A stretch of DNA of 63,041 nt, filler included, from Sphacelaria rigidula (lineage: Eukaryota): the NCBI GenBank assembly GCA_964200075.2. It is 9 parts of 9 records of this genome, joined end to end, with 100 filler letters (N's around TTAATTAATTAA, not from the genome) between each part and the next. Parts side by side here need not be neighbours in the genome. Positions count along the whole stretch, not along the records: positions 42,097 to 49,011 come from CAXNAA020017424.1; positions 49,112 to 56,026 come from CAXNAA020017425.1; positions 56,127 to 63,041 come from CAXNAA020017426.1; 6 more parts are not named here. One strand, written 5' to 3'. Below, piece after piece: positions 48,805 through 58,928 of the stretch (the stretch's first letter is position 1; each line of letters opens with the position of its first letter). The translations under genes were made by a program, and so were the position numbers. The notes under the pieces were generated by a model. It was not told the DNA's origin, made no database searches, and saw only the letters and a program-made list of their open reading frames with translations.

Positions 48805-49011
48805 TGTGTGTGCGTGTGTTGTCGTCCCTTCTGTTCTGGACGCCGGTCTACACCTTTCGGTATATGTGGGCGCACCAGCCGGGGTCACACGGGAGGAAGG
48901 TCAACACAGGACTTTATTTCTTTCTTATTTGTTCTTAGTACCGGTCGCCCCGGTGGCTCAGTTGGTAACCTCGTAACCTTCTGATGGTTGAGTTGGGGGG
49001 TTCGATTCCCG
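48805..49011. mobile_element. Rearranged tRNA-SINE: 3' half on minus strand (48805-48925) abutting tRNA head on plus strand (48943-49011, cut by contig end)
   Basis: Both halves are homologous to 16855-17210 but in opposite orientations. Confidence 0.8.
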
Positions 49012-49530
49012 NNNNNNNNNNNNNNNNNNNNNNNNNNNNNNNNNNNNNNNNNNNNTTAATTAATTAANNNNNNNNNNNNNNNNNNNNNNNNNNNNNNNNN
49101 NNNNNNNNNNNAAAGAACACTTCCCTCATCCCGCCAGTCCCCCACGCTGGCAAAGACAACAAGTTCGTTCACTTAGAGGAACAGCGCACCGCCTGAGCAA
49201 GGTGCGCCGTCAATCGAAATCCGGTGTCAGATTTCCCCTCCGAACAGCACACGCCCCAAGATATATCGGCTAGATTTCGAGGTTCGGGCATAAAGAGACG
49301 AGGGACTAGAAGAGAAGGCAAAATGTCCGCAGATGTCTCCGCCTAGAAACAGGGGAATAAGCGATGCTTTCGAATCCGGGACAACAACCCTCATCACGAG
49401 AAAAGCGAACATATGTGGTGTTTGATGAAAAAGAAACATGCTTTAGACGGATCGAAAAAAATACAATGAGAACCCGGCAAAGAGGCAGCACCGAATCTTG
49501 CCGGCTGTCTCGCTAAACTTCGGCCGCTCA

Positions 49531-51340
49531 GGGGGAGAGGGGGGGTGGCGTGCTCATTCGTTGCTTGCCTTCGTCGTTTGACCACTGGCCACGCATCCCT
49601 TTCAAGACGGAACACCGTTCCTACTCCTGACAGAGACAACTCCGACATGTAGGTGCCCACTACGTTTCTTCCATACATTGCACGAAAAAAACGTTTACAT
49701 ACCTTACCCTGATACTGTTTCGCCCTCCGTGACCACCATCTATCTCCTAGTGTTTTCTCTGTGCTTTCTCGCTACTGTCTAACGCATCAAACGATTCCAT
49801 ACCTTTTTCGTTCAGGCCCCGCATTGACCCCTCTAGCACGTCCCGTTCCTCCTTGCATAGTTCATATTCTGCCACTATATGACTTCTGCTTTCTATTGCT
49901 TTGCCACAGGGGCGGCTCGGTGCATCCCCTTCCTCCTCCACTCGACTATTGATAGATCTCTTTCTTCTTTCTGGCAGATCCAGGTCCCCTACCCAAAATC
50001 GCAATATTCAAATGTTCGCCGCGTCTGTCGGATCGTGCAGATATGTTTTTATCCCTATCCCCTCCCTCAGCCCCCCCGTATATAATCTGGCGTTCTTCCT
50101 CGTCTACTTTGCGTCTGAACGCTCCTTTTCCCCTTATTTCAATCATGTATCTTACTTTTGTCTTGTACCCCGTGCCTTTACCTACGGACGGTGTTTCGTC
50201 TTGTTTTCCTCCTATCTCCTTCCATACTTTGTCGACTTCTCGATCCCACCTTATTCCAGCTTGCCATTTCATACTTTTTTTCGAAACAGCCCTATCGACT
50301 CCAGCTGGCAATCTTTTTCTCTGCGTTTCTCTAAGTTATACTACCACTTCGATTTCATCATGTCTCTGTTTGTTTCAAGTGCGTACATTCCCAACTCTGC
50401 TGCCAATGCTTGTTTACTCATGCTTTTTTTGCATCCAAGTGTGTTCTAAGCTGCTGCGACCTGTTCTGTTTCCGACTTCTCCACCAACTTCACGTTTCCC
50501 TCCCATTCTTCTCCCGCATATTTCAGCTTTGGTACAACCAAGTTCATCAGAATACATATCTTAATCCTAGTGTCCAGACGCGAGTCTGTGAGAATCACGT
50601 CCATCCTTCCTATCTCCGCCTCACTCGTTTCTGTTCCTTCCTTATATGTGCATCCCAAGAACAGTTCTTTTGAGATCTCTACAAAAAGGTATGTATACTG
50701 GTCTACGACCGGGCGTTTCTCTTGTTCCCACTCCCATTTGAACTCTCCCGTTTTTTAAATGGTAACGCTCGCTGTCACTTTCCATTTCCTAGTGTAGTCT
50801 AGCACCTTTTCTATTTGTTTTTGCAGTCTTTCTGCTGATCTTGAAATCCCCCACAAATCATCTACGAACATCAGTCCTGATGTCAATTCTTCACACATCT
50901 TGACTCCTTGATTTTCTGCTTCTATTGTAGTATGGGGTCAGTCAAAAATACCCTTAATAGAGTGGGTGATAACGTACATCCTTGCGCAACTCCTTGTAAG
51001 GTATCAACATATTTCGATATTACCCTATCTAGCATCATGGTACTTTTGCCACATTCTGTCATCTTCTTCATCATTCTCCATATTTCTTCTGCTCCCAGTT
51101 TCCCACCACTGTTTCCATAGCCAATTTCTCGATACTGTATCATAAGCGTTTTGTACGCCCAGAAAGAAACAGTACGTTGTCAGCCCGGCGCCATTCCTAC
51201 CCTGGATAATTTCCCCTAGTGTGTACACATGGTCCGCGCAACTACGGTTCGGTCTGAAACCTGCTTGCCCCTCGCTGCGGTTTTCTTCCTTCTCTAGCTT
51301 CGTTCCTGTTCCACCGTTCAGAATCTTTCAGAAAGTTTTC
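49531..51340 (-). mobile_element. Degenerate 5'-truncated LINE (family A): reverse transcriptase + C-terminal Cys/His knuckle
   Basis: EGQAGFRPNRSCADHVYTL, YCFFLGVQNAYDTV, QGVAQGCTLSPTL, GLMFVDD and CGKAIESRSHIVAE across frameshifted ORFs; clade not assigned. Confidence 0.92.
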
Positions 51341-52495
51341 TCTTTACCAATCGGTGGTGAACGATCGACGAAATATAATTAACAAACACATTCCAGGCTT
51401 CAACATATCACATGAAACTGGTGATTTCTTCGTTGCTGGCGAAGTAGCTGTTTCGATGCAAATCGTATCTCCTGCCAAGGACCCGTGCACCGCCGCCTGA
51501 GCAGAGCGCAAAGTCTCTTTGCAGACTGTACCAGAACTTTCACCGTGGGATTACAGTCTCACAGTCACCAAGGTGGTTGCCGTTGTCCTCGTGTATCAGT
51601 GTCAACTCTCTGTCAGGTGGTCAATGATTTTCACCCGAAAAACTTGGTTGTCCATCCAATTTGACTTTGCCAAGAGCTGGAGTATTCTACTCTCAGGCGC
51701 TATGATTATGCACGAATGCAACAGACACGTTTAGCAACCCAGCAGAGAGTACACACCTGTGACTGTAGAAGAGCACCCTGGCCTCTGACCACACACGATG
51801 TGGCATCTTACCATCGACATGAGACCGGAGATGGGTAGTTATTTAATATTATTCGCTTGTCATATTCGCAGCGGAACGCGGTCCTCACCATGCGGATGTC
51901 TCACTCGTCGTCCGTTGCCTGTAGCGCTACCTCTCCGTGTTGATGTGACCACCTGCCTTTCAAGAATGGTTGCTTGTGCTTCCTTTAGTGGGAACCAAAC
52001 AGTAAAATATGAGTTTTGACGCCCATCGCACCTTGGCGTTTTCGCTCAAGGTTTGAGCGTCAAGACGTGAACATTTGGGGCGAGGTGGAGAAAAGATAAT
52101 TGCACTATCTCGAACGGCGACGCCTTCAAAGCCAAACAGGCATCGTTGTTCTCCCCTTGATGTCAGCCACACGCTCACCAGTTTTCAGCGCTGTCGAACA
52201 ACATTTCGGGTACCGTGATATTGCACCAAACCACGACCGACGGACACCGCGTCCAGGCCATATTTGGTATCACAACCTGCTTATTGTGGCAGTATTTGCC
52301 GCTGTTCGTCCTGTTTGCGCTTGAGAACCCTTTTTGTGTCGATTAGCGAGACCAGGCCTCGATAGGTTACAAGGCGACTGCCGTTGCTCTCATGATGCGG
52401 TACTTCTTGGATGGTGTAAGGTTAAGAATTGTGTGCAGTGTGCCTAATCGCGAGCGGCATTGTTTGTCTGTGTGTGGTTCTATTTTCTCGAGCAG

Positions 52496-55400
52496 AATAC
52501 TGGCAGAGAATGGGGCCTTTCACGAGCTCAAAACCGTTTCAAAGCGCCTGGCTAGAATTGGGCTCCTCTTTTCAGCCGTCACTCCCACCATAAAGATCGG
52601 GCCTGAGTCAGTCCGGATGATCGATGACATCGAGTCTCCCGATGGAAAGGTGAGACACCTTGCGTACAGTAGAACTGGGGATGATTGCTTAGCATCATGG
52701 TAGCCGTCTTATGACCAAGTGCGAGCACGTTTTGTCACACGTCTTGTTCCTGGTTTAACAATATACTTGTTCCGCTGAGGGAGAAGTGAGCAGAAAATCT
52801 CGGGAATTGTACACCCTTGCACCGCTGGACGAGAATCGAGGCTAGGTTATATGCCTTCATTTTCGCCATCAGAATCTCCTCCGCTAGGCAAAGAGTAATT
52901 GATGGGTTGAAAGGTTGGCTGTTGCATAGTAGCTTTTGGCCCAATAATCCAGCCGTGCATGTTCACAAGAGGTGAACCCTCGGTCAAGGAAGCTCGAGCA
53001 AGATAGAGGGGAAAAGAATATGGAAGGAGAGAACAGAGTCCCCTGGACGCACACCATGAACAAGAAACAGGACAAGGGAAAAGGGGAGGATTTAGGGGAA
53101 TACCGCCTCATTGCAACCTTGTTGGCCCACCACATCTCGTTTCTATCGTTCGAAGACTCGAGAGAGTCGACGGGCAAGAACTCGAACCATTATGTTGGAG
53201 TCGGTGGGATACGGGAGAGCTGATCCAATGATACATAAGATACCCAAATGCGAAGCAAGTGCCGAGGGAAAGATAAAGTGACCACTTCAGAGTATGATAT
53301 CGTCCTGAGGTAATGGGGAGGAGGTGAGCGTAGCGCACAATGCCTATTAGTCCACTCTACCATGTTTGAAGATGCCTCGAACTCCTGGTGTTCCACCAGT
53401 CACCCGACCAAGAGCAGTGTTTGATTTAATGCTTCTTCAACTCGTTCGAATTCGAGAACGTGCTCTAGGCTTCCCGCCCGGTGAGCCTGTTACGCCCTGA
53501 ACATGATTGCGGCATTGCGCTATTCTCAAATCGTGCTTGCATGTGGAAAGTTCAACTTCACAGATGGCTGCGGGCAGATCGGCAGAGACCTCATGCACCA
53601 AATCTCAAGCAGCTTGGGTTTGGACTACCTTCCGTCCGTGGTGCAGATTCGGTGGCAAGGAGTCAAAGGTGAGTCTTACAAAAACCTCTTCCAGCTTTGA
53701 TGATTGCAGGCGTGGGTCCAGCGACGGCTATCTTGTTATTGTAGGCAAATGGTCAACCCTCTCCGTCCTCCATAGGGGATCTGGCAGGTGCGACGAGATT
53801 CTGCGCGGTATCGTAAGACCCTCTCTGTTGATCGGAATACAAGCCCACCTGTTTCACAAATCAAAGTGTCGTTAGCGGTCATAGTCTATGCGATACCGAT
53901 GTGGTGTTCATGCAAGTACCCGATGGTGTTCTTACGAAAGTGTGCAGCACATCACTAAGGTAGGCTTGATGCTGGGTGTTGCGCAGGTTTCACTGGGATT
54001 CCAATACTATCGAATTCACGGGGGAGCAAAATGGGAGGAATCGGTTATTGCCAAGGAGTCGCCCCGGCCTTGATGGCTACAGGCTAGCGAACGCCTGACC
54101 CTTAATACGTGTATACGTGGTCGATGTGGGTGCATCAACGCATCACGAGCGTGCGCAACCAGTCGAGAGTTTACTTCAAGAAAATGTTTTCCTCCACGTA
54201 TCAGTACTTGTACCCCTCGCAGGTATTCTGGCCCTCAGTCGACACGTCCCCCCGGACAAGATGGTCCTGAGGCCATCTCTGAAGAAGTTCAAGACGACGC
54301 ATTTCCCGGTGCTCGGGGTGGCCGGATGGAGCAAGCCCTTCACTTTCGGTTTCCTTAATCGGCAGTATATTACGCTGCTGAGCGCATGCGGTGTTGACGA
54401 CGAGTCTTTCCTGCGAAAACAGGTATGGTGTAAGATTCCCAGTCGGAAAGGGGGGGAGGGGGGATTATGGGACACACGGATAGGTCGTTGTGTGTATTAA
54501 GGTTGTGTGTAGTTACAGCAGTATGTAAGTATTATTGCATATGAAGCTAGTCAGAGCGAACTGTAAAAGGGGGTGGACCTCGTCCTGGTCGTATCGTGTA
54601 GCCGATGTAGGAAGATCAGCCTCGAAGATGTTGCGTGTCCCACGGCGGGTGATGCTGCGGATACAGCATGCCTGCTCTGTTTCATAATATAAAAAAGAGA
54701 CAATTCTCTACAATGAGGTTGTACAACGAAATGAGGTCCAAGCCCGAAACAGTGCTTTCCCCACACTTACAGCCACGGTGCCCAACGACGTTGTTGTCGG
54801 CCTAATGCCCCTCGATCCCGTAGATATGTTCCTCAGTGCATTTTTCTGACTCTGTGAGCTTACAGCGCTGACCGTAATCGTCACTTTCCCTGATATAACC
54901 CCCTTGAAAGCATCAGGGGAACTGACGGTTTCGGTCAGCGCTGTAAGCTCACAGAGTCGGAGAAATGCGCTGAAGACGTATCTACGGGATCGAGGGTCAT
55001 TAGGCCGACAAAAACGTCATTGGGCACTGTGGCTGTAAGTGTGGGGAAAGCACTATTTCGAGCCTGACCCTCACTTCACCGTACGACCTCCTTTAATAAA
55101 ATTGTCTTATATAGGCCACCACGCTGCCGGAAGTGGCAGGAAGCATGCCAGCGGTGTGCCGGTGTGGTTCTCACGTAGGACAACAACTGACATGTGCATG
55201 CCATGGTGTGAGGTAGTGGCCACTAGTGGGTTTTGCCGTCCCGCGCCGCCGCCGACCCTGACTGTCACGAACGTACGCAAGGCGGACTTTTACGAGACCC
55301 TGAAGCAGATGCCGAGGGACAAAGAGAAGGCCTTGGAGGTGAGGTCAATTCCGTGATTGCTGTACTTGAGTTCGAGGAGGGAAGTCGACGGCGTGAGCAG

Positions 55401-55750
55401 GTGTTCAAACCGTTGACCGCTTTTTTGTTCATCTCATGTCTCCGGTGGATGGACGGGTGCAAGGTAAGGAGCAAGCCCTCAGCAAGAACTCTGTGATCAA
55501 TATTTCCTACGAACGAGTGGGTTGACAGTACAACGTGAGCGCTCAGCAACAGATATCTCGCACGCGCGACACTCGACGTTGACTCGTGGTCGTTCAGGTA
55601 ATGCGATGGCTAGGAAAGCGCCCCGGAGACATCCAGAGAGTGATCGAGTGTGAGGACTTGACCAGCGACCGAGAGCTGCAGTCACTCTTCTCCAACATGA
55701 GACGGCGTCTGGTCAGAGATCCTGAGCGTCTCCGGTGTTTAATTCCTAAG
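52496..55750 (+). CDS. Cellular RNA-dependent RNA polymerase (RDR/QDE-1 family), internal exons 52496-52649, 53551-53668, 54223-54422, 55282-55338, 55598-55750; 5' end unresolved, 3' end beyond contig
   Basis: Phase-compatible exons splice to ILAENGAFHELKTVSKRLARIGLLFSAVTPTI...IDDIESPDGK-FNFTDGCGQIG...LGLDYLPSVVQIRWQGVKG-ILAL...MVLRPSLKKF...WSKPFTFGFLNRQYITLLSACGVDDESFLRKQ-ADFYETL...KALE-VMRW...RLRCLIPK. These give the ordered RdRP motifs KxxARxGxxFS, FxDGxG, PSxxQIRxxGxKG, RPSxxKF and LNRQxIxLL. Confidence 0.93.
54700..55110. repeat. ~410-bp intronic foldback (arms ~195 bp, loop ~17 nt) in the RdRP gene
   Basis: AGTGCTTTCCCCACACTTACAGCCAC, CTCGATCCCGTAGATA and GACTCTGTGAGCTTACAGCGCTGACCG are each mirrored; loop ATAACCCCCTTGAAAGC at ~54894-54910. 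Confidence 0.92.
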
Positions 55751-56619
55751 GTGCGCGTGATGGAACGACAAACAGTAGTGTAGACGTGGCGTGGTCCGGT
55801 GTCTTTCCCCTCCACTATGCTTTGTCGTGTCGCTAGGCTTGAAATTCAAGCGCCAATGTTACCACGAACGGCTCGTGTACCCACCGATGACTAGAAGGAT
55901 CTCCACGCGATAGTTGTCCACAGGAATAGCTGTCACAGATGGGAGTCATGCTACGATAGGGGGTGTACACATGATCATGCATGCCATGGTCATCAGATCA
56001 TTGACCTCGCATCCCTACAAAGCCGGNNNNNNNNNNNNNNNNNNNNNNNNNNNNNNNNNNNNNNNNNNNNTTAATTAATTAANNNNNNNNNNNNNNNNNN
56101 NNNNNNNNNNNNNNNNNNNNNNNNNNCGAAGATTTTAATCCTCCGGGTTCTCATCCTCAATGAAAAGCACCATCCTCAACATAGATGATCGGCTGTTTAT
56201 TGGAAATTTGCGCCAATCATGCTTAATCCTTTTCAAAAAGTGCTGTATTTTCTGAAAATCTGCTATATATTTCGGTTTTCCTCCTCTTTTTTTCGCGGCC
56301 ATTTTTCTGCGCGAAAATCCGGAATTCTGCTTTTTTTGCGACCTATGACGAAATACACCGTTACGTTGAGCTGGTAGTGATGATATGGATATTGACTAGG
56401 GGCACGGGGATTCTGGAGGGTTCTGGATAATGACCGGGGACACGGAGATGATACTTGCGTGTCTAGAAAGCTGGTGCCTGGGAAGGTCACTCCGATAATA
56501 TGAAATGTTGTAAAGACTGACAACTGAAGATGAGGCCAGTAAGACTGGGGAGTCCCTCAACAGCAGTGATCCAGCAGTTCTTCCACTGGCTGGCGTCAGA
56601 GACCGTAGATACAGTCAAT

Positions 56620-57005
56620 GGCTACCAGTGTCGTTCAGTACAAGGCAGAAAAATACCCAGTATCGCCAGTATCGTCCAGTACGAGGCGGTGAAAAAACCA
56701 GAAGCGCCAGTATCCGCCAGTACAAGGCGGCAAATACCCAGTATACCGCCAGTGTCCGCCAGTATGCGGCCGCAAAAAAGCCAGTATCGCCAGTATCGTC
56801 CAGTATAAGGAGGCGAATTACCCAGTATTCCCAATGTCCGCCAGTAAAAGGTGGCGAAATACCCAGTATTACCAGTATCCGCCAGGATCAGGCTGCAAAC
56901 TACGCCATATCACTAGTATCCACCAGTATGAGATGAGGAATTACGGGGGGCGCACGGATAGGGACCAGTACGGAATACCGTACGGGCCATACTGGTACGG
57001 GTCAT
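56620..57005. repeat. CCAGTAT-rich degenerate minisatellite (probable MITE interior)
   Basis: More than 15 copies of (C)CAGTA(T/C) in ~60-bp higher-order units. Confidence 0.8.
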
Positions 57006-58928
57006 ACGGGGAGCATCTTTAAAATCTTCGTATCCACACCAAATCTTCGAGATATGGTTCCATTCCTTCACTTTCTGGTAGCTATTGACAACTGCTATAC
57101 GCTGTGTAAATTTGAATTCCGATTACCGAAATTTGGGGGTCCTACGGGAAGAAGAAAAAATTGGGTATATATAGAGGTGATCAGGCGAACCACATCTCGA
57201 AGAATTCATGTGGGTGCGAAGATTTTGATTCTCGAGGTTTTCATCCGTGCTTAATGAAAAGCTCCATGCTCAAAATGGATAATCGGCTGTCAAAAATCCT
57301 ACTTTCGACTTCAGGTACTGTACATATAGATTTGGGCATGGCTGCACAAGTGCAGACTGTGGTGGCCAGCACACCCAGCGTGAACCAACTTGATAGATTT
57401 CCCCTATATCTAAGTATTGCTTTTCCTCGTTGTTGCTTGCATGACTATGACGAGTTTCAAATCATGCCGCCAGGTTCTCATTGCGTGGTTGTATTCGAGC
57501 CGCTACTTGGACTGTTATCGTGCTTGAACATCCTACTCCTCGGAAACTGCCCCGCTGTTCTCCGTGCTTTGCTTCATTCCCAAAAGAAAACGTGCAACCC
57601 AGCAAACTCCATCAGCTCGGCCTCTCGAAATCGCGGGGGTAACAAATAGGAGATAAAAATCGGCCACAAAGTTGACTATGATGGTGAAGATGATCTATAG
57701 ATACCGCTGATCCAGAGAGTAGAAAACTGTTCCGAAGTCGGCAGAATCATGGATTTCGGTGGTTTCATGATGGATTGATGGTCGCAACTAATTCCCACGT
57801 ACGTACACTATTCTGGACGCACCCTGCGCTCCAACGCCACAACGCACATTGCCAGTACGGACAACTCAGATATCCACATCGAGCACGCTTCGTTAGTAAT
57901 CACAGCTAGCTAGTCGGACTGCCGCCGGTAGAGAGAGCCCCCATGCTCTCTGGATTGTGTGCGTGAAGCGATGATGAATAACGTTCTTGCGTCCGCGGCC
58001 ACAGCCACTACAACTACTGCTGCTGGACGGCTACCCGGCGACACGTTGGCGTCTAGTACGCCTTATACAGCGATTCAGCTCAAGTGAGTGCTCCCTGAAA
58101 TATCTTCAACTCTTGTATCTCTACATCTGACCTAGTGCGTGATCTCAGCGGTGCATGAAGCAATGCGCTTTCTTAAGACAAGACAGCCGACGCCGTGCAT
58201 GGTGGCCTTTACCGTGCCTGCCTTCCCGATCTTCCACCTGTGGAATTGTGGACACGTTCTGGGGATCGGCCATTTATTTGATGGCTTTGACACGTTGACA
58301 TGGTGGCATGTACAGTGGTTTCATGATTCTGATTGTCAGCGCCGACCAGCAGCTCGAGTGTGTGCGTTGCTTCGCAGCAATGCATGGGCGCACGGATCTC
58401 GCGACTATAGTACTGTATTTTACGATGCTGTTCCAGTCTGCTACACAGGCAGGATCCAACGATGATCGCGGTGGGCGGTCGTGATAGATCGTGTGTTCCC
58501 TCCATCATCGGCAGCCGAAGGTACTTGAGTGTGATGTTGAAAAATCAGAATATTATCTCGAGTCAGGTCGCAGTTGAAGCCAAAAAGTAGCCACGATGTT
58601 GAGGGGCACGAGAGTTCGATTACCGAAGGTTGAGCTTTCGATCGCGACCCTTCTCATACACACCGTAGCTCGCCTTTACACTGCAAGAAGAGGGGTGTAA
58701 TGCGTGACCGGACCGCGTGCTTTTTGGACCGCATCAGGGTTCAAAACACCCCGAGACAAACGTTTTTCAAGACCGGTCGGGCCAGTCCCTGCATGGACCG
58801 CGCCCCTGGCTTTAACCCTAGCATAAACCCCCACCCTCACCCAAGCCATAGGGATGTCGAAACTCCGATGCGGTCCAAAAAGCACGCGGGCCGCTCACGC
58901 GTTACGGTGGAACAGTTCCGTACGTATT

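Noticed and set aside
52496..55750. Viral RdRP or endogenous RNA virus
   Set aside because: The motifs are those of the cellular double-psi-barrel RDR family and the gene has spliceosomal introns.
6917..56126. Identical TTAATTAATTAA motif recurring every ~7016 bp, suggesting a periodic array
   Set aside because: It is an N-flanked six-frame-stop linker between length-sorted contigs, so no gene-neighbourhood inference across spacers is valid.
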